A DNA stretch of 48,162 nucleotides from a bacterium (GTDB taxonomy: Bacteria; Coprothermobacterota; Coprothermobacteria; Coprothermobacterales; JAADFF01), in contig JAMORD010000040.1 in NCBI GenBank assembly GCA_027063755.1, positions 1 through 48,162 on the forward strand, written 5' to 3'. The notes below the pieces were generated by a model. That model saw nothing but the letters and a program-made list of their open reading frames with translations, searched no databases and had not been told where the DNA came from. The translations under genes and the position numbers were made by a program. Shown here one piece after another: positions 9,882-18,698 of the stretch (position 1 is the first letter of the stretch; every line of letters starts with the position of its first letter).

Positions 9882-12258
9882 TTAGTTCGGGTATATACTT
9901 GGCAGGGTCATCGCCTCTGAAAACTGTTCTTAGGTTGTCTATATTTTTGTTTAGTATTTCTATTGCTATTTTTTCAGAGACTTCTTTTATGAACTTGTCT
10001 TCATCTGTGAGATGCATAAATATGAATCTGGTATATGCTTTGACAAGTTTGTAAAACGCCATAAGATATGGGACAGGTATTTTGTAATCAAAATATTTTC
10101 TAATACCTCTGTAATTTTCTATCAGTTCTTTGTAGGCCTTTTCAAGGTGTGTTGGAACAATAGTAGATGCTCTGTGAACGGTGAGACTTATAGCATTGGG
10201 ATTTTCTGTGTAAACAGCAACACCGCCAATTATAAACATAGCCTTAGCAGATTTGTATATGAAAGGAGAGTCTGGTAGATTTTTCTGAATCTTTATGGAC
10301 ATATCTCTCAACGCATCTAACATTGTGGCAGCGATATCTATGCGATTGGATTTGATAAGTTCAACAGATAAGTCTAAGGTGAATGACAGAATAGCTTCCA
10401 ATGTCGGTACATAATCTGTTACTTGTTTGGTGAGTTTGCCTACTATGTGCGAAAGACCATCTTTGAGAATGAAGTTGTCTATTGTGGCTTTATGAACGAC
10501 TTCGTGCTTAGGATATAGATTTCTTATCATGCGGAAGTAAAAGCTTAGTATGAGAATGATAATCTTATTTTTTACATCTATGTTGTAATTACCTGTGATA
10601 AAGTCTCGTGAAAAGATATTCAACTTTGTGGCTATAACACGAGGGGTCATAGGATTTTGGGGGTTCTCTGTATAAAAATCTACTATGTGTCTGATAGATG
10701 AAATAGCAAGAATTAGTAGAGAGTTATTTTTGTTGATGATAAATGTTTTCAGGGCATTAATATAAATGTCAAAGATATTTTCGGCAATGCGTACTTCGCC
10801 ACTAATGTCGGCTACCCTAAAAATTGTTTCCATAAAGTAGAGTGTCTGTTTAACAAAATATGCATATTCTTTGCTGTTGTCGTTGTAAGAAAGATAACTT
10901 CTGAAATACTTCTTTATAATCGTCTCGGCAGTGGTGATATCGCTATCTAATGTGCTTTTCTTTACGATGTCAGAAAGTTCTTCAACTCCTTGAGCGGCTT
11001 TATCGTATTCACCAAGTTCAAGGTATAGATGTATTTCACGATTAATCTTATCGGCTATTACCTGAATATTAAGTATTTTTATGATGTGGTATACATATGC
11101 AAATAATAAGATGATATTACCGAACATGAGCCATAAATTCCAGTTCATCTGAGGAAGTGGTAGTGGAATATTGTCGTTTGTTCTACCAAGTAAAAGGAAT
11201 GAGTGAATAATGGTGAATGCAGATACGGAGTATACAACCATGTTCCACGGGTCTTTGAAGTAGTATGTTGAGACCTTGGGAGTATATTTAGAGGCCATCA
11301 TCTGAACAGCTACCATAGACATAGATATCATGACACCGACAAGAGCAGCAAGTGCTGTTGCTGTTGCAGAATAGGTATATCTGGCCGTATCTTGATCTCC
11401 CCAAAAGATGAAGTTAATGGGATGGTGTGGATTAGATGGCCAATATGGATATACTTTTACAGGTGGGGGCATGTATAGCTGGTATACCCAGATGATGTAT
11501 GTAATAAGTAGAAGGAAAAACATAATAACGGCGGCAGGTATAAGATGATCGTATTTTGTTGGTTTCCATAGCCTGCTAATGGTAGGTAACTCTCCTGTAG
11601 TATGATATTTTATAATGCGTTTGAGTCCATCTTTAACAGCTTTGCTCTGGCTGAGGAATTTTACTCCAAGTTTGTATGAACCATCTTCAAGAGGAATGAC
11701 ATTGCGTATTTCTGCTTTAACATAGATACTGCGTTTGCTGCTGCCTGGCATGGGGAATTTGAGGTACACGATATCTCCTTTACTGGGAATATTATTACTT
11801 ATAGCATCTTTATCTATAATTATTCCTGCTCCGTAAATAGAGAGGTCTGTTGTTCTACCTTTGGTAATTATCTTAGTGGAGCGTGGGAGAAGACCAAAAG
11901 ATTTTGTAATTTTGTAGATGTATACCTCTGTTTCTATGGGGATACGAACAGAATTTCTTACAATAGCCTCTACCTGTTTGATAAGTTTTAGTGCAAGTAT
12001 GGTTTGTGATGTGTCAGGAAGGTATATTTGAGCTTCGTATGTAAAAATACCCTCTTCTGTTTCAAAGCGAATTTTTATATATTCATCCCAACGATGAGAA
12101 GTAAGGTCAAAAGGTACTGCTAAATATACTATGTGCTCTTTATGATTGACATTGATAACAAGTAATTTACGAGGTTTTTCATTATTATCTTCGAAAACCT
12201 CAACATATTTACCAAGTTCAGGAAGGTGAACAAATATATCTTCGTGTTTTTCACTCAT
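9865..12258 (-). CDS. PilZ-domain / DUF2254-like membrane fusion protein
   Basis: N-terminal YcgR-like beta region, PilZ motifs RNSVR (RxxxR) and DLSIYG (DxSxxG), and YKLGVKF. About 4 TM helices including SMVAVQMMASKYTPK...FKDP (DUF2254-like), then a long helical tail. Confidence 0.75.
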   Translation of the reverse strand: MSEKHEDIFVHLPELGKYVEVFEDNNEKPRKLLVINVNHKEHIVYLAVPFDLTSHRWDEYIKIRFETEEGIFTYEAQIYLPDTSQTILALKLIKQVEAIVRNSVRIPIETEVYIYKITKSFGLLPRSTKIITKGRTTDLSIYGAGIIIDKDAISNNIPSKGDIVYLKFPMPGSSKRSIYVKAEIRNVIPLEDGSYKLGVKFLSQSKAVKDGLKRIIKYHTTGELPTISRLWKPTKYDHLIPAAVIMFFLLLITYIIWVYQLYMPPPVKVYPYWPSNPHHPINFIFWGDQDTARYTYSATATALAALVGVMISMSMVAVQMMASKYTPKVSTYYFKDPWNMVVYSVSAFTIIHSFLLLGRTNDNIPLPLPQMNWNLWLMFGNIILLFAYVYHIIKILNIQVIADKINREIHLYLELGEYDKAAQGVEELSDIVKKSTLDSDITTAETIIKKYFRSYLSYNDNSKEYAYFVKQTLYFMETIFRVADISGEVRIAENIFDIYINALKTFIINKNNSLLILAISSIRHIVDFYTENPQNPMTPRVIATKLNIFSRDFITGNYNIDVKNKIIILILSFYFRMIRNLYPKHEVVHKATIDNFILKDGLSHIVGKLTKQVTDYVPTLEAILSFTLDLSVELIKSNRIDIAATMLDALRDMSIKIQKNLPDSPFIYKSAKAMFIIGGVAVYTENPNAISLTVHRASTIVPTHLEKAYKELIENYRGIRKYFDYKIPVPYLMAFYKLVKAYTRFIFMHLTDEDKFIKEVSEKIAIEILNKNIDNLRTVFRGDDPAKYIPELKKDEA

Positions 12259-12272
12259 GCCTTTTTATCACC

Positions 12273-13658
12273 TCAGCTTACGGCTATATCATCTTCAGGC
12301 AGAGTATAAAGTTCTTTTGTTGGTGTGAAGATGTAGCCTGCTAAAATTGATATACTCCCAACTCTACCCATAAACATTGTTATTATTATTATAATCTTGC
12401 CGAGGCTATTAAGATGTGTTGTCAGTCCCCTTGACAGTCCCACTGTGCCTATAGCGGAGAATGCCTCAAAGAATATGTCTTCAAATGGGGCGTTAGGCAT
12501 GGCTATACTAAGGAACAATATGCTGATGCTAACTGTTATGAGTTGAAGAATAAATATGGCGAGAGCCAGTCTTACAGTGTCTTCTGCTATACGTCTGCTT
12601 CTCAGTATAACTGCTTTTTTGTTTTGCATGAAGTTTTGGAGATATTGAATAACTACTACTAATGTTGTTGTCTTTATACCACCAGCTGTACCACCGGGAG
12701 AGCCACCGACAAACATGAGAAATGTTATGAGCAGTATGCTGGGAAGCATCATTTTGCTCATATCCAGTGTGGCAAAACCGGCCGTTCTGGGTGTAACTGC
12801 CTGAAATAGCGATGCCCATATTTTTCCGCTCAGCGATAGATTGCCGATAGTATATGGGTTAATCCACTCAAATATGAGAAGCATAATGGCAGGAACGATA
12901 ATAAGTACCACTGTTGCCGATATAACAATGCGTGTATGAATAGATAGGTCGCTAATCTTCATGCGTCTGCCTTCACCTTTTAGCCCTGCTATAAACGATT
13001 TGGAATATTCAAGAAGCTCTTCCCATACAATAAATCCCAAACCGCCGGCAATAATGAGCCCCATAATAGTGAGGTTTATCAGAGGATCTGATACATAATC
13101 TGTAAGAGACTTAAAGCCTCCCATGATGTCAAATCCGGCATTGTTAAAAGCGGATACTGAATGAAATATGGATGCCCATAGCCCTTTTACTGGTCCGAAT
13201 TGGGGAATGAATCTAAAACCCAGTAAAATGGCGCCTATGATTTCAAAAAATAGAGATACTTTTAGGGAAAATAGCAGTAGGTTAGTGACACCACCAAAGT
13301 CTGGTTTGTTGAGCTGAACAGCTACAGATATTTTCTGTCTCAAACCTACTTGTTCCCCACGGGCAAGGTATATCAGGGTCATCATGGTGACATATCCCAG
13401 ACCGCCTATCTGTATGAGAAGTAGAATGACAAGCTGACCGAAAAATGAAAAGTATGTTCCCGTGTCCTTGACGACAAGTCCCGTGACACATACAGCCGAT
13501 GTTGATGTAAAGAGGGCATCAAGGAAACTTGTCAGTTTCCCGTGTGCCTGTGATATGGGAAGCATAAGAAGAGCGGTTCCCGTTAGTATGACGGCTAAAA
13601 AGCCCATTACAATATTACGTCTTGCCTCTGTTACTGGATCCAATTTACCCTTTGCCAT
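12273..13658 (-). CDS. ktrB: Ktr/Trk-family K+ channel membrane subunit
   Basis: Four pore-loop glycines (SAVCVTGL, SAFNNAGF, TPRTAGF, SAIGTVGL), plus GGTAGGIK and MFMGRVG. Confidence 0.93.
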   Translation of the reverse strand: MAKGKLDPVTEARRNIVMGFLAVILTGTALLMLPISQAHGKLTSFLDALFTSTSAVCVTGLVVKDTGTYFSFFGQLVILLLIQIGGLGYVTMMTLIYLARGEQVGLRQKISVAVQLNKPDFGGVTNLLLFSLKVSLFFEIIGAILLGFRFIPQFGPVKGLWASIFHSVSAFNNAGFDIMGGFKSLTDYVSDPLINLTIMGLIIAGGLGFIVWEELLEYSKSFIAGLKGEGRRMKISDLSIHTRIVISATVVLIIVPAIMLLIFEWINPYTIGNLSLSGKIWASLFQAVTPRTAGFATLDMSKMMLPSILLITFLMFVGGSPGGTAGGIKTTTLVVVIQYLQNFMQNKKAVILRSRRIAEDTVRLALAIFILQLITVSISILFLSIAMPNAPFEDIFFEAFSAIGTVGLSRGLTTHLNSLGKIIIIITMFMGRVGSISILAGYIFTPTKELYTLPEDDIAVS

Positions 13659-13659
13659 A

Positions 13660-14901
13660 TTACCACCTACTTAGATACTCTGTTTGCTCCTTTGTGAGAG
13701 AGTCTATTTTAATGTTCATGCTCTGCAGTTTATATTTGGCTATCTCTATGCTGTACTCGTGTGGGAAATCATATACTTTGTTTTCCAGTTTTCCTCTGTT
13801 TTCTATGAGATATGCAAGTGCAAGCATTTGGGCAGAGAAGGAGAGGTCCATAATCTCTGCTGGGTGTCCATCACCTACAACAAGGTTGACAAGTCTTCCT
13901 TCACCAAGTAGATATACGGTATTACCACTTTTTAGCTTGTATGCCATAACATTGTCTCGGGCTTCCCACTTCTCTACGGCATTTTCTTCTAAATACTTGA
14001 CATCTATCTCTACATTGAAGTGTCCGGCGTTGCTCAGTATGGCTCCATCTTTCATGGATTCCAGATGTCTACCGGTAATGACATCTTTCATGCCTGTTGT
14101 CGTAACAAAGATATCTCCAATCTTTGCCGCCTCATCCATTGTCATGACTTGGTGGCCATCGTATATAGCCTCAAGGGCCCTAATGGGGTCTACCTCAGTG
14201 ACTATGGTATGGGCTCCCATGCCCTTCATGACCCTGGCAACCCCACGTCCGCACCAGCCATAACCGGCTATGACTACGGTTTTACCTGCAATGAGTAGAT
14301 TGGTGCCTCTGGATATGGCAACAGGCACACTTTCACCAGTTCCGTACCTGTTGTCAAACAAATGCTTGATGTATGCATCGTTGAGTGCTATAAGGGGATA
14401 TGGCAGTTTGCCGGCCTGGGCAAGGGCACGGGCTCTATGCACACCTGTTGTTGTCTCTTCAGATGCTCCCCATATGTCCTTTGATAGATGTGGCATTTCA
14501 TTGGCTACGGTCGTTGTCAAGTCAAGACCGTCGTCAAGTATGAGGTTGGGTTCTATGCGAAGAACATTCCTCTGGTTTTCCATATATTCTTCTGGTGTCT
14601 CTCCACGCCATGCAAACACCTCAATACCGGCATCGGCAAGGGCTGCTGCCACATCATCTTGGGTAGACAGTGGATTTGACGATGTTATGGCAACAAATGC
14701 CCCCAATTCTTTTAGTGTTAGGGCAAGATATGCTGTCTTTGCCTCAAGGTGTATAGACATACCTATGCGAACGCCTTTGAATATGCCTTTTTCTTCAAGT
14801 GCTTTTTTGATAAGGGGCATAACTTTCATGTGAGATTTTACCCAGTTTATCTTTTTCCAACCATGTGGTGCCAGTGATATATCTTTAACATGTGCCACCA
14901 T
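13660..14901 (-). CDS. ahcY: Adenosylhomocysteinase
   Basis: HLEAKTA, SNPLSTQDD, EETTTGV, KHLFDNRYGTG, GYGWCGRG, GRLVNL and GHP motifs. ATG at 14901 follows GGAGGG. Confidence 0.98.
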   Translation of the reverse strand: MVAHVKDISLAPHGWKKINWVKSHMKVMPLIKKALEEKGIFKGVRIGMSIHLEAKTAYLALTLKELGAFVAITSSNPLSTQDDVAAALADAGIEVFAWRGETPEEYMENQRNVLRIEPNLILDDGLDLTTTVANEMPHLSKDIWGASEETTTGVHRARALAQAGKLPYPLIALNDAYIKHLFDNRYGTGESVPVAISRGTNLLIAGKTVVIAGYGWCGRGVARVMKGMGAHTIVTEVDPIRALEAIYDGHQVMTMDEAAKIGDIFVTTTGMKDVITGRHLESMKDGAILSNAGHFNVEIDVKYLEENAVEKWEARDNVMAYKLKSGNTVYLLGEGRLVNLVVGDGHPAEIMDLSFSAQMLALAYLIENRGKLENKVYDFPHEYSIEIAKYKLQSMNIKIDSLTKEQTEYLSRW

Positions 14902-14922
14902 AATCCCTCCCTTCATACCATA

Positions 14923-14931
14923 AGTTTAGCA
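14923..14931 (-). promoter_or_regulatory. Candidate extended -10 promoter for the ahcY-ktrB-PilZ unit
   Basis: Minus strand reads TGCTAAACT (TGn + TAAACT) about 20 nt upstream of the start codon. Confidence 0.35.
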
Positions 14932-14997
14932 CGAGGTATATATTTACCTATAAACTGGCATGTTATTGTATCTTATATAAAAGATGGAGGTGAATAT

Positions 14998-16680
14998 ATG
15001 TACAACATATATGGAAAAAAGATTAATTTGCGAAAGTGGCAAAGAGAGGCAGTAGAATATCTCTCTTCTCATATGGATGGAAAACATATGCTTGCTGTTG
15101 TAGCACCAACAGGTGCCGGTAAGACACCTGTTGCCTATGAGATGATGAAAAGAGGACTTCAGCAGGGAAGAAGGGTGATATATGCATCTCCCCTGAAGGC
15201 CATTTCTAATGAACGGTTTATGGAACTGAAGTATTCTATGCTTGAAGGGGTAGAGCCCGGTATTATTACCGGTGATGTTGATGTTAATTCTTCAAGTCAG
15301 CTGCTTATGGTGACAACAGAGATATTGAGAAATTCTCCCGGAATGATGCAACATTCTCTTGTTGTGTTTGACGAGGTGCATTATGTGTCTATTAGTCCCG
15401 ATAGGGCCCGTACATTTGCCGAGGTCCTTCTTATGATGGGCGAAGCAGATATGGACGCCATACCTATGCTACTAACGGCCACTCTGGCCCCAACAAGGGA
15501 GGAAATGGATGAGGTGCTGGAGTTTTTATCATCACTGGCGGCCAAAGAGCCTGCTCTGTATGTGCATACAAAGAGGCCGGTGCCTCTGAAGGTGCCAAGA
15601 AACCCATTTTCTATGAAGAAACTCAGAAAGGCTCTGGTGTTTGTCAATTCTTATAAAGAGGCATTTGAGGTGGCACGAAAGATAGCATCTTATAGAGTCC
15701 CTGTGAGGAGCAAATGGAAAAGGTTTAAGGAGATTCTGGAAGATGTCGGTGGTGAACGCTCTGGATATATCAGGGCTAAGCTCATAAAGAGAGGGGTAGG
15801 TATGCACCATGGTAATCTTCTACCCGGTGAGAAGATAGCCATGGAGATAGCTTTTAGAGAAGGTGTAGTTGATGTTGTTGTGGGTACAACAACGCTGGCA
15901 TATGGTGTTAACATGCCAGCCGATGTTGTTGTGTTTAACTCGTCGCGTAGATACGATGGAACACCTTATACTGCCAATGAGTTTCTGCAGATGGCGGGAA
16001 GGGCGGGAAGACCGGGACTGTCTGATGTTGGCCTTATTGGCGGATTTAAAAAGAGCGTGCACAAGTGGGTGGCCCGTATGCTTAAAGAGGCAAAACCCCA
16101 GTTTGTGCTTCTGCCCCAGCCATCTCCCAGACCATTTGTAGAGGCAGTGTATGAAACAGGGAAAACAGATAAAAAGACCATGAGAAAGGTGGCCAGGCAG
16201 GAGAATGCCTTTCTTGCCAGTATTACATATGGTGCTGAGCCTATGAAGGTGTTCCCCGCTGACTATAGACGCGTGGCAGCTGTTCTTCTTGGCCTTTCAC
16301 AGCAAACGGGCATTCCTATAAATCAGTTTGCCGGTCATGTGCTCAAGGCTTGGGGCGATGAGCTTATGGAGGGTTGGAGAGAAGGTCGCTCTTGGTTCTT
16401 TGAAACAGGTCTTCCATATATTGCGGGTGGTTGGAATGGTGTATATTATGAGATAGATGCCTACCCACTGATTGCCCTGCCACTGCTTGAGGAGAAGATG
16501 GAGAAGGGTGGTATCAGTGGTAAGACACTGTATGCTGCAAGGCAGAGACTAAAATGGTTAAAATCTATAAATAGGAGAGATCCAGAGCTGTTTAGGGTGT
16601 TTGCCCTTGAAGATGCGGAGGATGTTGTAGAGTCAGTAGACCCACTGAAGGAAAGACTTGAGGTGGCAGAAGAAGACTAA
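14998..16680 (+). CDS. Ski2/HelY-like SF2 DExH helicase (compact)
   Basis: APTGAGKT, SPLKAISN, TTEILRN, DEVH, TAT, RPVPL, HHGNL, TLAYGVNMPA and QMAGRAGRPG motifs. ATG at 14998 follows GGAGGTG. Confidence 0.92.
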   Translation: MYNIYGKKINLRKWQREAVEYLSSHMDGKHMLAVVAPTGAGKTPVAYEMMKRGLQQGRRVIYASPLKAISNERFMELKYSMLEGVEPGIITGDVDVNSSSQLLMVTTEILRNSPGMMQHSLVVFDEVHYVSISPDRARTFAEVLLMMGEADMDAIPMLLTATLAPTREEMDEVLEFLSSLAAKEPALYVHTKRPVPLKVPRNPFSMKKLRKALVFVNSYKEAFEVARKIASYRVPVRSKWKRFKEILEDVGGERSGYIRAKLIKRGVGMHHGNLLPGEKIAMEIAFREGVVDVVVGTTTLAYGVNMPADVVVFNSSRRYDGTPYTANEFLQMAGRAGRPGLSDVGLIGGFKKSVHKWVARMLKEAKPQFVLLPQPSPRPFVEAVYETGKTDKKTMRKVARQENAFLASITYGAEPMKVFPADYRRVAAVLLGLSQQTGIPINQFAGHVLKAWGDELMEGWREGRSWFFETGLPYIAGGWNGVYYEIDAYPLIALPLLEEKMEKGGISGKTLYAARQRLKWLKSINRRDPELFRVFALEDAEDVVESVDPLKERLEVAEED

Positions 16681-16742
16681 GGTTGTTTTCTTTCATTAAT
16701 GATTTAAAATAGTAGCATAGTAGTTGAAAGGGGGCGCTTGAT

Positions 16743-18683
16743 ATGGCAGTAGTAAAGATTGAAGGTAAAGAGTATGAGTTTGAGGGACAAAAACAGCTAT
16801 TTGAGTTTGTGCCTGTGAGCAAGAAGAAGAAAATTATTGCGGCAAAGGTTGATGGCACACCAGTTGACCTTTCCTATACAGTAACAGGTGGGGAGAATGT
16901 AGAGTGGATTTATATTGACAGTGAAGAAGGTCTTGATATCCTCAGACACTCTGCAGCCCACATTATGGCTCAGGCTGTTAAGCACCTGTATGGCAACGAG
17001 GTAAAGCTTGGTGTAGGTCCAACCATAAAAGATGGTTTCTATTATGATATGCTGGTACCCGATGGTATATCTGCTGAAGATCTTCCCAAGATAGAGGAAG
17101 AGATGAAAAATATTGTCAAGGCAGATTATCCATTTGAGCGTATGGAAGTTTCCAAAGAAGAGGCCAGACGCATTATGAAGGAGGCCGGAGAGATTTTTAA
17201 GCTTGAGATTATTGACGATATAGAGGGCGATACAGTGTCTCTGTATAAGCAGGGAGACTTTGTAGACCTATGTCGTGGTCCACACATTCCCTCTACTGGC
17301 TTCCTGAAACACTTTAAGCTTCTGTCTGTTAGCGGTGCATACTGGCGTGGAGACGAAAACAGGGAGATGCTAACCCGTGTGTACGGCACTGCATGGGCCA
17401 AGAAAGAAGACCTTGAGGCATATCTTCACCAGCGTGAGGAGGCCATACGCAGAGACCATAGGAAGATAGGTAAGGAACAGGACCTGTTTTCTATTCAGGA
17501 GGATATTGGTCCTGGTCTTGTGCTGTGGCATCCCCGTGGTGGTATGGTGCGTAAAGTTATTGAAGATTTCTGGAGAGAGGTTCACTGGCAGAGGGGATAC
17601 GACTTTGTTTATACGCCACACATAGCAAAGATTCACCTGTGGGAGATATCTGGACACCTTGACCACTATAGGCAGAATATGTTCCCACCAATGGATGTTG
17701 AGGGACATGAGTATATGGTCAAGCCTATGAATTGCCCATTCCATATTCAGATATACAAGAGTAGACAGCGTTCTTATAAGGAGCTTCCTCTGAGATGGGC
17801 AGAGATGGGTACCGTCTATAGATATGAAAAGAGCGGTGTGCTCCATGGACTTTTAAGGGTTAGAGGTTTCACCCAAGATGATGCCCATATCTTCTGTACC
17901 CCAGACCAGATAGAAGACGAGATTAAGGGCGTGCTTGACCTTGCCCTGTTTATGTTCCGTACATTTGGATTTGACGAGTATGATATAGAGCTCTCTGTTA
18001 GAGACGATGCCAACAAGAAGGGTTATGTGGGTGAAGACGAGATTTGGGAGATAGCAGAAAAGGCCCTTGTTAAGGCTCTGGAAGATATGAAACTGCCTTA
18101 CAAGAGAATGGAAGGTGAGGCCAAGTTTTACGGTCCGGCCATTGACATCAAGCTGAAAGATGCCATTGGTCGTAGTTGGCAAGCTGCAACAGTGCAGCTG
18201 GACTTCAACCTACCAAGACGCTTTGGTATGACATATATTGGCCCTGATGGTAAAGAGCATGAGCCAGTTATGATCCACAGGGCGCTGCTTGGTTCCTTTG
18301 AACGTTTCTTTGGAACACTTATTGAGCAGTATGCAGGGGCATTTCCTACATGGTTACATCCAGAACAGGTTGTAGTTATACCAATAGCCGATGCCCAGGT
18401 AGACCGTGCTAAAGAGATATATAATACCCTCCGTGGTGAGATGATAAGGGCTATTATAGACCTTGATACAGGTGCCAAGCTGGGTGCCCGTATTAGAAAG
18501 GCCCAGCTGATGAAGATACCATATATGCTTGTTATAGGTAACCGTGAGATGGAGGCAAATACTGTTGCCGTAAGACACAGACATCTGGGAGATGTTGGTA
18601 CTATGTCTGTAGACGAGTTTGTAAAGAACATCAAAAAGGAGATAGCAGATAGAGAGAGAACACCATCTTGGATTAAGAAATAA
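16743..18683 (+). CDS. thrS: Threonine--tRNA ligase
   Basis: TGS domain, RHSAAH, DLCRGPH, RDHRK, KPMNCP, RVRGFTQDDAH and IHRA motifs. Confidence 0.99.
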   Translation: MAVVKIEGKEYEFEGQKQLFEFVPVSKKKKIIAAKVDGTPVDLSYTVTGGENVEWIYIDSEEGLDILRHSAAHIMAQAVKHLYGNEVKLGVGPTIKDGFYYDMLVPDGISAEDLPKIEEEMKNIVKADYPFERMEVSKEEARRIMKEAGEIFKLEIIDDIEGDTVSLYKQGDFVDLCRGPHIPSTGFLKHFKLLSVSGAYWRGDENREMLTRVYGTAWAKKEDLEAYLHQREEAIRRDHRKIGKEQDLFSIQEDIGPGLVLWHPRGGMVRKVIEDFWREVHWQRGYDFVYTPHIAKIHLWEISGHLDHYRQNMFPPMDVEGHEYMVKPMNCPFHIQIYKSRQRSYKELPLRWAEMGTVYRYEKSGVLHGLLRVRGFTQDDAHIFCTPDQIEDEIKGVLDLALFMFRTFGFDEYDIELSVRDDANKKGYVGEDEIWEIAEKALVKALEDMKLPYKRMEGEAKFYGPAIDIKLKDAIGRSWQAATVQLDFNLPRRFGMTYIGPDGKEHEPVMIHRALLGSFERFFGTLIEQYAGAFPTWLHPEQVVVIPIADAQVDRAKEIYNTLRGEMIRAIIDLDTGAKLGARIRKAQLMKIPYMLVIGNREMEANTVAVRHRHLGDVGTMSVDEFVKNIKKEIADRERTPSWIKK

Positions 18684-18698
18684 GGAGAGGAGCCTGCT

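Noticed and set aside
14890-14997. N-terminal extension of the helicase in the ORF track
   Set aside because: Overlaps the ahcY start and the divergent promoter region; the strong SD supports ATG 14998.
16681-16742. T-box leader for thrS
   Set aside because: The gap is only 62 nt and has no T-box motif.
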